This document shows positions 1 through 7,867 of a DNA stretch of 64,000 nt, in pieces. A program made the position numbers and the translations under genes. Numbering within the stretch: the first letter of the stretch is position 1; every line of letters begins with the position of its first letter. The stretch is from assembly GCA_038869515.1 (NCBI GenBank), contig JAWCQZ010000008.1:12633-76632 (forward strand), read 5' to 3'. This stretch comes from Halobacteria archaeon. GTDB lineage: Archaea > Halobacteriota > Syntropharchaeia > JACQPP01. The notes beneath the pieces are model-generated. The model searched no databases and was not told the DNA's origin. It saw nothing but the letters and a program-made list of their open reading frames with translations.

Positions 1-51
1 GGCGAGGGCGGACTCCGCCTCGGTGATCAACTCCCCCCGGATGGCGGCCAT
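1..51 (-). CDS. N-terminal fragment of an unidentified gene running off the window start (MAAIRGELITEAESALA...)
   Basis: ATG at 49-51 (minus strand) with open frame to position 1. It lies downstream of nth in the same orientation. Too short to assign a product. Confidence 0.25.
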   Translation of the reverse strand, partial: MAAIRGELITEAESALA

Positions 52-82
52 GGACCCCTTTCCCCCAGCCCATTTATGAGGC

Positions 83-721
83 TTACGCGCGGACCCCGCG
101 CTTGGGGCAGAGCCGTTCCACGGGGCACTCCCCGCATCTCGGAGCCCGTGCCTGGCAGACCTTCCGGCCGTGGAGAATCAGGGTGTGGCCGAGGGGAATC
201 CACTCCTCGCGGGGAAACAGGGCCATCAGTTCCCGCTCGACCTGGAGAGGAGTGCGCCCCTTCGCGAGCCCGAGCCGCCGCGAAACCCGGAGTACGTGGG
301 TGTCCACGGTGACGCCTTCCGCGCGACCGAAGCCGTTGCCGAGAACGGCGGTGGCCGACTTCCGGCCGATGAAGGGCAGGGAGGTGAGGCCCTCCACCGT
401 GTCCGGGACCCGGCCGCCGAACCTCTCGACCAGCGCCCTCCCGATGGCGCGGATGGCGCGCGCCTTCGTGCGGTGGAGGCCGAGGGGGCGGATGAGCGAC
501 TGCAGCTCCGCGAGGTCGGCCTCCGCATAGTCGGCCGCGCTCCGGTAGCGCCGGAAGAGCGCGGGGGTCACCCGGTTCACCCGGGCGTCGGCGCACTGGG
601 CGGAGAGGAGGGTGGCGATGAGGAGCTGGAGGGGATCGGAGAACTCCAGCGAGCACTTCGCGCCGGGATGGGCGCGGCGGAGGGCGCGGAAAATGGGCGA
701 GGCCTGCCGCCGGAGGGTCAT
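83..721 (-). CDS. nth: Endonuclease III (DNA glycosylase/AP lyase, HhH-GPD with 4Fe-4S cluster)
   Basis: Translation shows the HhH-GPD core and a C-terminal C-x6-C-x2-C-x5-C cluster (CQARAPRCGECPVERLC). Start chosen at MTLRRQ, overlapping the truD stop by 4 nt. Confidence 0.85.
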   Translation of the reverse strand: MTLRRQASPIFRALRRAHPGAKCSLEFSDPLQLLIATLLSAQCADARVNRVTPALFRRYRSAADYAEADLAELQSLIRPLGLHRTKARAIRAIGRALVERFGGRVPDTVEGLTSLPFIGRKSATAVLGNGFGRAEGVTVDTHVLRVSRRLGLAKGRTPLQVERELMALFPREEWIPLGHTLILHGRKVCQARAPRCGECPVERLCPKRGVRA

Positions 722-1992
722 GCTTTCGTGAATTCGCGCAGCACCACGGTCGCGTAGGCCCCCGGCTCGAGCGAGAACTTCAGTTTGAGCGCGACGCAGC
801 CGGGGCTCCGCTCGTCGGGCCCCCCCTCCCACTTCACGGGCGCCGGCAGCAGGAGAGCCCGCCGCCTCCCCTTGGAGGTCACGGGGCCCCTTGCGAAGTC
901 CTCCGGCGCTATCCCCGCCCCCTCCAGCACCCCCCGCTCAATCTCTCCCGGCTCCCCGGAAGCCACGGGCGCCTCGGGGCCGAAGAGGGGGCCGCTGACC
1001 CGGGCGCGGCCCTCCGCCACAGCCCTCCGCGCGGCTTCGATGTTCCCGGGGGCCACCGTCTCGGTCCCGCCGCCGCGAAGGAGGAGGATGTCCCCCGCCA
1101 CCGGCTCGGCCAGAGAGAGCCCGCGGGCGAGCCGCTCGGAGAGGACGCGGTTGAACAGCCTCGCCTGGAAGCCGTGGACGAATAGGGTCCGGAGGCCGGC
1201 GGGCAGGGCCTCCAGGGCCCCGCCCCAGTCGTCCGGCTTCGCGATGAGGCGGTTCAGGAGCGCCTTCTCGAACCCGAGGGACTTGGGCATCGCTGCCAGC
1301 GCCCCCTTGAAGTCGCCCTCCCGGGCGAGCCTCCGGGCAGCGCGGGTCGCCTCGCCCTCTCCCTCTCCCTCGTCGGCGAGGTAGGCCCGCATCGCCCCCT
1401 CGACGTCGCCCCGCACCAGCAGTTCCCCGACGCGGTGGGTCACCGCCCTCCGCTCACCGAACCGCTGGAGGCCGAAGAAGTTGGGGGCGCCCCCCAGGTA
1501 GCGGAGCTCAGCGGCGGTGGCCTCCGCCCGGGCACGCACCTCCTCCGCCGGGAGGGGGATGGCCCGGAGGACGATCGAGAATCGGTTGGATTCGAGGTCT
1601 CCGAGGCCCACCGGCTCCGGGTCGAGTCCCACGGCCCGGAGGCGGACCCCGGCGAGCCTCACCGATTCGAGGGCCGCGGGCCGCACTCCGAAGAAACTCA
1701 TCCGCTGGACGGTCACGGCGTTTCGGTCCTTCATTCCGGCGAAAGAGATGCGCTTGCGGCTGATGCGGAGGGCGCGGGCGAGGGCGCGGACCAGCCCCTG
1801 GGTGTCCCAGTTCTCTTTCTCGACTTCGACAATCAGGTATCGGCCCGAGCCCCGGGGCTCCCGGCGCGGAATCTCCTCGACCCGGAAGTCGGCCGGCGTC
1901 TGGCGCAACACTCCGCCCACGCCGGGGGTCGCGGTCCCGTAGCGCTCCATGCCGACGGCGCGCTCGGCCTCGGGCGGAATGGGGACGCTCAC
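718..1992 (-). CDS. truD: tRNA pseudouridine synthase TruD/Pus7 family
   Basis: 424-aa ORF containing the GMKDRNAVTVQ motif, which matches the TruD catalytic Asp motif (GxKD+xAVT). Confidence 0.8.
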   Translation of the reverse strand: MSVPIPPEAERAVGMERYGTATPGVGGVLRQTPADFRVEEIPRREPRGSGRYLIVEVEKENWDTQGLVRALARALRISRKRISFAGMKDRNAVTVQRMSFFGVRPAALESVRLAGVRLRAVGLDPEPVGLGDLESNRFSIVLRAIPLPAEEVRARAEATAAELRYLGGAPNFFGLQRFGERRAVTHRVGELLVRGDVEGAMRAYLADEGEGEGEATRAARRLAREGDFKGALAAMPKSLGFEKALLNRLIAKPDDWGGALEALPAGLRTLFVHGFQARLFNRVLSERLARGLSLAEPVAGDILLLRGGGTETVAPGNIEAARRAVAEGRARVSGPLFGPEAPVASGEPGEIERGVLEGAGIAPEDFARGPVTSKGRRRALLLPAPVKWEGGPDERSPGCVALKLKFSLEPGAYATVVLREFTKA

Positions 1993-2351
1993 AGCAGAGG
2001 GAGGTCACCGGTCAGACGGTCGATGTCGGCCTCGGGGGCCGGCCCGACGCCGAGGGCGGTCACGCTCCCCGGGGGCAACTCGGTGTGGCCCGCATCTTCC
2101 ACGAGGCCGAAGGGGAGGCCCGCGCCCCGCGCCTCGTTCCGGAGCCGGAGGAGTTCCTTCAGGGTCGCCACCTTGAGGGCGACCTTCTTCGCCCCGCCGC
2201 GCTTCCACGCCCGGCGGGCCTCCTCCGGGGCCGCATCGTGGGCGAGGAGGGAGGCGTGGGCCGCCTGGGCCGCCATCTTGCCGGGGGACATGGAGAGGTC
2301 GGAGCGGAGGACCAGGACCTGCTTGTATTCGACCGTTTTCGCCCTTGCCAT
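1989..2351 (-). CDS. pth2: Peptidyl-tRNA hydrolase, archaeal type (Pth2)
   Basis: 120 aa (MARAKTVEYKQVLVLRSDL...GKMAAQAAHAS) typical of Pth2. Only the C-terminal part of the long six-frame ORF 1989..3083 is genuine. 4-nt overlap with truD. Confidence 0.85.
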   Translation of the reverse strand: MARAKTVEYKQVLVLRSDLSMSPGKMAAQAAHASLLAHDAAPEEARRAWKRGGAKKVALKVATLKELLRLRNEARGAGLPFGLVEDAGHTELPPGSVTALGVGPAPEADIDRLTGDLPLL

Positions 2352-2359
2352 TCTTCGCC

Positions 2360-3583
2360 CTAGATTTTCGTGTCCCCGCCGAGGAGGCGCTTGGCGATGA
2401 TTCTCCTCTGGATTTCCGACGAGCCGTCGGGGATGCGGAGCGCCCGGGCGAGCCGGAAGACCTCCTCCAGTTTCATCTCGTTGGTCAGCCCCATGCCGCC
2501 GTGGACCTGGATGGCGCGGTCCATGACCCGGAAGAGCATCTCGGTCGCGTAGAGCTTCGCCATCGAAATTTCCTTCAGCGCCATCTCCCCCTTCTCGATT
2601 CGCCACGCGGTGTTCAGCGCCATGTACTTGCAGGTGGCGATGTCCACCGCGCTGTCGGCCAGCATCCACTGGATGGCCTGCCGCTCGCCGATGGGCTTGC
2701 CGAAGGTGACCCGCTGCTTGGCATACTCGACCGACCTCTCCAGGGCCCACTCGGCGAGGCCGGTGCAGAGACCCGCGAGGCTGAGGCGGCCCGTTCCGAT
2801 GCCCAGCATCCCCAACTGGAATGCCTGGTCCACCTTGCCCAGGACGAACTCCGGGGCGACCTCGACGTCCTCCAGCGAGATGAGGGCCACATCGCTCCCG
2901 ATGAATCCCATGAAGGGGACGATGGACTCCACCTTGAAGCCCGGCGCCTTCGTGTCCACGAAGAAGCCCGAGACGCCCCCCTTGTGGGCCTTTTGCATCT
3001 CCCGGTTGGTGACCGCGAAGACGAAGGCCCAGTCGGCGTAGGGCCCGTTGGTGATCCACATCTTCTGGCCGTTGATGACCCACTTCCCGTTCCGCTTCTC
3101 GGCGGTGGTCCGCATGTTCCAGGCGTCGGAGCCCGCTTCCGCCTCGGAGAAGCAGAAGCAGACCGTCTTCTCGCCGCTCAGCATCTCGGGCATCACCTTC
3201 TCGCGGGTCGCCTTCGGAAGCGCCTCGAGCATGGGGTTGGGGCCGCGGGGGAAGCCGCCGATGACCTCGCCCCGGAGGATGCCGGGGCCGCGGCGCCAGT
3301 TGGCCTCGGCGACCTGGAAGGCGAGGGTGGGTCCGTAGCCGCCGCCCCCCAGGTTCTTCGAGAGGAAGAGCGTGTAGAAACCGGCCTCCGCCGACTTCAT
3401 GCGGACCTGCTTCTTCAGGGCCTCGACCTCGGGCGGGTGGAGGCCGTCCTCCCGGTAGAGTTTGCGGGGATTCTGCAGGAGTTCCTTGTGCTTCTCCTCC
3501 AGAGGATAGACCTCCTGCTGGAGGAACTTCTCCAGCGCGTCGAGGATGGCGCGGTGCTCGTCGGAGATGGAGAAATCAACCAT
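2360..3583 (-). CDS. Acyl-CoA dehydrogenase
   Basis: 407 aa with the ACAD signature along its length (…GGGGYGP…, …YATEMLFRVMDRAIQVHGGMG…). Confidence 0.9.
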   Translation of the reverse strand: MVDFSISDEHRAILDALEKFLQQEVYPLEEKHKELLQNPRKLYREDGLHPPEVEALKKQVRMKSAEAGFYTLFLSKNLGGGGYGPTLAFQVAEANWRRGPGILRGEVIGGFPRGPNPMLEALPKATREKVMPEMLSGEKTVCFCFSEAEAGSDAWNMRTTAEKRNGKWVINGQKMWITNGPYADWAFVFAVTNREMQKAHKGGVSGFFVDTKAPGFKVESIVPFMGFIGSDVALISLEDVEVAPEFVLGKVDQAFQLGMLGIGTGRLSLAGLCTGLAEWALERSVEYAKQRVTFGKPIGERQAIQWMLADSAVDIATCKYMALNTAWRIEKGEMALKEISMAKLYATEMLFRVMDRAIQVHGGMGLTNEMKLEEVFRLARALRIPDGSSEIQRRIIAKRLLGGDTKI

Positions 3584-3781
3584 CTACCAAGCGGCCTTAG
3601 ACTGCATCCGGGAGCCCTTGAGGCCGTGGACCTTGCAGAACACCTGCCTCCCGTCGGTCACGGTGACTTTGCACCGGGCGCAGACCGGTCGCTTGCAGAT
3701 CTGGCACGACGCGACCCCGGGGGTCCCGGGGTGCCAGTGACAGGGCTTGCCGGGGAGGGGGGAAACGACGGCCGCGGCCAT
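3584..3781 (-). CDS. Small zinc-ribbon protein (about 65 aa, CxxC...CxxC) translationally coupled to the ACAD gene
   Basis: C-terminal 65 aa of ORF 3584..4225 (MAAAVVSPLPGKPCHWHPG…CQICKRPVCARCKV…FCKVHG). Its stop TAG at 3584-3586 abuts the ACAD start at 3583. Confidence 0.35.
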   Translation of the reverse strand: MAAAVVSPLPGKPCHWHPGTPGVASCQICKRPVCARCKVTVTDGRQVFCKVHGLKGSRMQSKAAW

Positions 3782-3839
3782 TCCTCGGGGGGAGGCCGGG
3801 GGATGGAAAACCCTTTCTCTCCCCCACCTATGCCCCCGG

Positions 3840-5498
3840 ATGGCCGCCTCCGGACCCCGCACCGATCTCATGCTCCCCGCCGGCTCCCTGAAGGGCCGCT
3901 CCGCCATCGTCACCGGCGGCGGGACCGGCATCGGCCTCGCCACCGCCAAGACTTTCGCCCGCCTCGGGGCCAACGTCGCCATCGCCTCCCGGAGCCAGGA
4001 GCACCTCGGCCCGGCCCGCAAGGAGCTGGAGGATCTGGGGGCCAAGGTGGTGGCCCTCCCCACCGACGTCCGGCAGGTGGCCCAGGCGGAGGCCCTGGTG
4101 AAATCGGCCAGGGAGGCCTTCGGCCGCGTGGACATCCTGGTGAACAACGCCTCCGGGAACTTCGTCACCCCGGTCACGAAACTCTCGGTGAACGGCTGGC
4201 GCGCGGTGGTGGACATCGTCCTCAACGGGACCTTCTACTGCACCCGGGCCGCGGGCCGCGAGATGGTGAAGCAGCGCTCGGGGCGCATCGTGAACATCGT
4301 CTCCACCATGGCGTGGACCGGCGGTCCCGGGACCTCCCACAACGCCGCCGCGAAGGCGGGGGTCGTGGGGCTCACCCGCTCCCTGGCGTCCGAACTCGCC
4401 TCCTTCAACATCCGGGTCAACGCCGTCGCCCCCGGCCCGGTGAAGACCGAGGGCGCGGAGAAGAACCTCTTCCCGACCCCCGAGGCGCAGAAGTCCATCA
4501 CCGACCGGGTGCCGGTGAAGCGGTTCGCCGCCCCCGAGGAGGTGGCGAACCTTGTCGCCTACCTGGTCTCCGACTGGGCCGACTACATGAACGGGGCGGT
4601 GGTCCCCATGGACGGCGGGTACTCCCTCAGCATGGGCGGACTGGAGGCGTGGGCGGGTCCGAAGGGCGGGGACAGGCCCCTCTCCCCCGAACCCCCGGCC
4701 CCCCGGACGAACGGGCTCACTCTCGCCGGAAAGACCGCCATCGTGACCGGCGGTGGGACCGGCATCGGGAAGGCCTCGGCCCTCCTCTTCGCCCGCCTCG
4801 GGGCGAAGGTCGCCGTGACCTCGCGCAAGGTGGAGAACCTGGAGCAGACCGTGCGGGAAATCAAGGCCGCGGGGGGCGAGGCGTTCGCCCTCCCGTGCGA
4901 CGTCCGGCTCCCCGAGCAGGTGGAGGCGATGGCGAAGCAGGTGAAGGAGCGCTGGGGCCGGATTGACCTCCTCTTCAGCAACGCAGGAGCGAACTTCCCG
5001 AGCCCCTTCCTGCAGTTGAGCGACAACGCCTGGAACGCCATCGTCGGAATCAACCTCCACGGCTCCTTCCACTGCGCCAAGTTCGTGGGGGCCGAGATGA
5101 TCAAGCAGAAGTCGGGAGTCATCATCCACAACGTGACCCCTTACGCGTGGACCGGGGCCCCCATCATGGCCCACACCAGCGCCGCCAAGGGGGCCATCCT
5201 CAACCTGACCCAGAGCCTCGCCGTGGAGTGGGCGGTCCACCGCATCCGGGTGAACGCCGTCGCCCCGGGGCCCATCCTGACCGAGGGGTCCCGCAAGAAC
5301 TTCATCGAGAAGAACCCGGCCGCCGCCGAAGTGGTCCGGCGCCGTGTCCCCTGGAAGCGGTGGGGGACCCCGGAGGACATCGCCCGCGCCGTGGCCTACC
5401 TCGCCTCCGACTGGGCGGACTACGTCACCGGGGCGTGCCTCACCGTGGACGGGGGCGAGTGGCTCTACAAGCCCATCGTCGAGCAATTGGCCCAATAA
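3840..5498 (+). CDS. Tandem fusion of two short-chain dehydrogenase/reductase domains, 2,4-dienoyl-CoA reductase-like
   Basis: Two complete SDR units each carry a TGGGTGIG Rossmann motif (…AIVTGGGTGIGLATA… and …AIVTGGGTGIGKASA…) joined by a Pro-rich linker. The SxnAAAK region lacks the classical Tyr, as in DECR-type SDRs. Start is ambiguous between 3747 and 3840 (MAASGPRT…). Confidence 0.8.
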   Translation: MAASGPRTDLMLPAGSLKGRSAIVTGGGTGIGLATAKTFARLGANVAIASRSQEHLGPARKELEDLGAKVVALPTDVRQVAQAEALVKSAREAFGRVDILVNNASGNFVTPVTKLSVNGWRAVVDIVLNGTFYCTRAAGREMVKQRSGRIVNIVSTMAWTGGPGTSHNAAAKAGVVGLTRSLASELASFNIRVNAVAPGPVKTEGAEKNLFPTPEAQKSITDRVPVKRFAAPEEVANLVAYLVSDWADYMNGAVVPMDGGYSLSMGGLEAWAGPKGGDRPLSPEPPAPRTNGLTLAGKTAIVTGGGTGIGKASALLFARLGAKVAVTSRKVENLEQTVREIKAAGGEAFALPCDVRLPEQVEAMAKQVKERWGRIDLLFSNAGANFPSPFLQLSDNAWNAIVGINLHGSFHCAKFVGAEMIKQKSGVIIHNVTPYAWTGAPIMAHTSAAKGAILNLTQSLAVEWAVHRIRVNAVAPGPILTEGSRKNFIEKNPAAAEVVRRRVPWKRWGTPEDIARAVAYLASDWADYVTGACLTVDGGEWLYKPIVEQLAQ

Positions 5499-5529
5499 GC
5501 CTTTTGAACCGCGGCCGCGACCCCGACCC

Positions 5530-5868
5530 ATGGCCACGACTCGGAGGCGGCTCACCCGCATCGAGCCCTTCTCGGCCGCCATCATGGGCGGGGCCACAGG
5601 CTTCGCGCTCGGGTTCCTGAACGGCCTCGGGACGGTCCTCTTCTTTCCCGCGCTGCGCCAGGGGATGAGCGACCTGGGCCTGGCCCAGTTGACGGGGCTG
5701 GTCAACGAATGGGTGAAGGCGTTTCCCTTCGCCTTCGAGTGGCCCGCCCTCCTCCTGAGCCCCATCGCCTGGGCCTTCGGTGGGGCCGGGGGGGCCTTCG
5801 CAGCCTGCATCTTCTACAACCTCCTGGCGAAGCGGCTCGGGGGCATCGAGTTCGAACTCGACGAATAG
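5530..5868 (+). CDS. Small membrane protein, hypothetical
   Basis: 113 aa from ATG 5530 (MATTRRRLTRIEPFSAAIMGGATGFALGFLNGLGTVLFF…) with two predicted hydrophobic helices. Confidence 0.45.
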   Translation: MATTRRRLTRIEPFSAAIMGGATGFALGFLNGLGTVLFFPALRQGMSDLGLAQLTGLVNEWVKAFPFAFEWPALLLSPIAWAFGGAGGAFAACIFYNLLAKRLGGIEFELDE

Positions 5869-5876
5869 CCCGGAAG

Positions 5877-6197
5877 TTAGAAGCGGTTTCCGGAGGCGGA
5901 GCCCTGGCCGGGTCGCGCCCGCTTCCGGCGGTACCACTCGGCGACCCCCGCAGCCTCCAGCAACTCCTGGAAGCGGACGGGGTTCGTGCGCTCGAATTGC
6001 GGGCCGTGCTCGAGGAGGACGGGGGTCAGGTCGGAGAGGAAATCGGTCCTGCCCAGCTCCTGCAGGAAGCGGCCGGCCGGGACCTGGCTGATGAGAAACC
6101 CCTCCACCTTCAGCCGCAGGCGGAGCGCCTTTTGCTCCGGGGTCTCGACCGGTCTCGATTCCGCGCCCTCCGACCTGCGGCGGACGAAGAGGCCCAC
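5877..6197 (-). CDS. Hypothetical protein (possible GTG start)
   Basis: Open frame downstream of the 6200..6610 gene. A GTG at 6195-6197 lies 2 nt after the upstream stop. No recognisable domain. Confidence 0.3.
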   Translation of the reverse strand: MGLFVRRRSEGAESRPVETPEQKALRLRLKVEGFLISQVPAGRFLQELGRTDFLSDLTPVLLEHGPQFERTNPVRFQELLEAAGVAEWYRRKRARPGQGSASGNRF

Positions 6198-6199
6198 GG

Positions 6200-6610
6200 C
6201 TACCGGTAGGCGGGGTCCTCTTCGAGCAGTTCCACCGGCTGCCGCCCCTGGAACCCCGCCTCCACGTCGTGCCAGAACCGGATGGTGTCCTCCCCCCGCT
6301 TCCAGCAGAGGAAAATCTCCCGCCCCTGGTGGCGCGCAGGGAAGTCCACGAGGCCCGCGTGCCAATCCTTGACGACGGCGCCCACGACGAGGAGCTCCTC
6401 GAGCCCCTGGTAGAACTCCAGGGCCTTGCCGTGGAACTCCCGGTTGCGGCGCACCGTGGCGAGGAGAGTGTCGAGGGGCTCTTCGAACTCGATGGAGAGC
6501 TCCTGGAGGGAGGACAGCTGGGACTGGAGGTCCTGGAGCCGCTCCAGCATCTCCCGGACCCGGGGGAGGGCGGCCCGCGCCTCCGGGAGGGTCCAGAGTC
6601 TCTTCCCCAT
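6200..6610 (-). CDS. DUF2203-like conserved hypothetical protein
   Basis: 136 aa from MGKRLWTLPE…. The motif …LVDFPARHQGREIFLCWKRGEDTIRFWHDVEAGF… resembles DUF2203 (from memory, unverified). Confidence 0.45.
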   Translation of the reverse strand: MGKRLWTLPEARAALPRVREMLERLQDLQSQLSSLQELSIEFEEPLDTLLATVRRNREFHGKALEFYQGLEELLVVGAVVKDWHAGLVDFPARHQGREIFLCWKRGEDTIRFWHDVEAGFQGRQPVELLEEDPAYR

Positions 6611-6645
6611 GGTCCCCGTGCCACTTCTCGGAATATGAAAGCCTC

Positions 6646-7008
6646 TCAGTTTCGGCGCCGTGCCCTGCGGCTCCGCCGCCCCGGGCCCCGGGGGGCGGGC
6701 GGGGACTCCCGGAGGAGGTCGCCGAAGGTGCAGAGGAACCCCCGGCAGGCGTGCTGGAAGTCGCGCCGGCCCGCGGGGGTCACGGAGTAGACTTTGCGGC
6801 GGGAGTCGGGCGGGCAGCAGCCGGGGGGGCAGTGGATGAGCCCCCGGGCCTCGAGGACCTTGAGGGCCGGGTAGAGGGTCCCCGGGTTGGGCCGGACCCC
6901 GCGGCGCCGGCCCAACTCCGCCGCGAGTTCGCTCCCGGACATGGGCCTCCGGCTCAGGAGCCAGAGGAGGAGGAAGGAGAGGAACCCGCGGTTCTCGATG
7001 AGGGCCAT
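6646..7008 (-). CDS. PadR-family transcriptional regulator with an unusual Cys-rich insertion in the wing
   Basis: PadR wHTH signature (…GSELAAELGRRRGVRPNPGTLYPALKVLEARGLI…RKVYSVTPAG…). The usual wing is replaced by HCPPGCCPPDS, and a further C-terminal HACRGFLC is present. Confidence 0.8.
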   Translation of the reverse strand: MALIENRGFLSFLLLWLLSRRPMSGSELAAELGRRRGVRPNPGTLYPALKVLEARGLIHCPPGCCPPDSRRKVYSVTPAGRRDFQHACRGFLCTFGDLLRESPPAPRGPGRRSRRARRRN

Positions 7009-7054
7009 CTCCCGGAGTGGGGGGGAGGGGGCTCATAAGCCTTCGCCCGGCGCA

Positions 7055-7121
7055 ACCCTTTTATATTGGTAATCCAACTATCCAGGATTATTGGGTATCC
7101 AATAATCCAAGGAGGTGACCC
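7055..7121. promoter_or_regulatory. Divergent promoter/operator region between padR and the small peptide gene
   Basis: An AT-rich island in GC-rich DNA with a TTTATATT TATA-like box at about 7059-7066. Downstream are palindromic TTGGTAATCCAA and TTGGGTATCCAA elements plus repeated ATCCAA hexamers, followed by the SD GGAGGTGA at 7111-7118. Confidence 0.45.
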
Positions 7122-7217
7122 ATGAAACTCTGCAAACTGCTCCTCGTCGCGCTCGTGGTGGGGGCGGTCGTCCACCACCACAAGAAGAAGTGCTGCGGCT
7201 GCCACGGCTGCTGCTAA
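7122..7217 (+). CDS. Unannotated 31-aa Cys/His-rich small membrane peptide MKLCKLLLVALVVGAVVHHHKKKCCGCHGCC
   Basis: ATG at 7122, TAA at 7215-7217. A strong SD GGAGGTGA sits 3 nt upstream and a TATA-like box about 55 nt upstream. The peptide has a hydrophobic N-terminal helix followed by an HHH-KKK-CCGCHGCC tail. It falls below the 60-aa cutoff of the ORF track. Confidence 0.4.
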   Translation: MKLCKLLLVALVVGAVVHHHKKKCCGCHGCC

Positions 7218-7292
7218 CCTGTCTCCGGGGGAGGGGAGGCGAAGCCCCCCCGTTCACAGGCACGCCCCCCCACCCCCTGTCCTCAACTTTGG

Positions 7293-7862
7293 CTATTCCA
7301 AAAATCTCATCAGCCGACTCCACGCCTTCCGTTCCCGGGGCCCCCCGCACTTGAGGACCACAGGCTCCAGCTCGCGGATTCTCCGGAGCAGGCCGGCATC
7401 CTTGAAAATCGCATAGCGGGTCGCATGGACCGTCGCCTCGAGGACCCCGTCGAACCCCCGGTTGGGGGCACGGGGGGCGGCCCGGGCCACGCGGCCCGCC
7501 ACCGGAGCGAGACGGAACGCGACCCTCCCCTCCTCCAGCCGCTCCGGACGCGCGCGGAACGAGACCCAGGCCGAGGCGGCCCGGAGGACCGGCCCGTGGC
7601 GGGTCGGGGAGAAGCGGGCCGGCCCCAGGTCCCGGAACGCCGCCTCCACGAAGAGGAGGGGGTCCTCGACGACGTTCGCGATGAGGGCCCCCGACGCCTC
7701 CACATTGGCCAGAGTCCGGGAGGGGCGGTAGAGCACGGCTTCGACGCGCCCCCCGGAGCGGCGGAGTCCCGTCGGTGCGGCGTGGGGGCGGCCCCGGGGG
7801 CCGAGGGTCGTCGCGAGGGTCTCGGAGATTCCGGGCCGCAGACCGAACCGGTCGAGGTCCAT
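7293..7862 (-). CDS. DUF447-like protein (FMN-binding split-barrel family, methanopterin-biosynthesis associated)
   Basis: 189 aa from MDLDRFGLRP. The gene begins a few nt downstream of the CitG-like gene. The family assignment is from memory, not a search. Confidence 0.45.
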   Translation of the reverse strand: MDLDRFGLRPGISETLATTLGPRGRPHAAPTGLRRSGGRVEAVLYRPSRTLANVEASGALIANVVEDPLLFVEAAFRDLGPARFSPTRHGPVLRAASAWVSFRARPERLEEGRVAFRLAPVAGRVARAAPRAPNRGFDGVLEATVHATRYAIFKDAGLLRRIRELEPVVLKCGGPRERKAWSRLMRFLE

Positions 7863-7867
7863 CGCGC

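Noticed and set aside
27-656. 209-aa and other ORFs overlapping nth on both strands at the window start
   Set aside because: The nth assignment (HhH-GPD plus FeS cluster) explains the region. The overlapping ORFs are Arg/Pro/Gly-rich artefacts.
3828-5810. Very long antisense ORFs (e.g. 3828..5810, 9843..12218, 18120..20684, 56580..59216, 2345..4966) rich in Gly/Arg/Pro
   Set aside because: They lie opposite well-supported genes (SDR fusion, PfkB/PdxT, Cdc48, DUF58). They have low-complexity composition typical of stop-poor GC-rich DNA and show no recognisable domains, so they are spurious.
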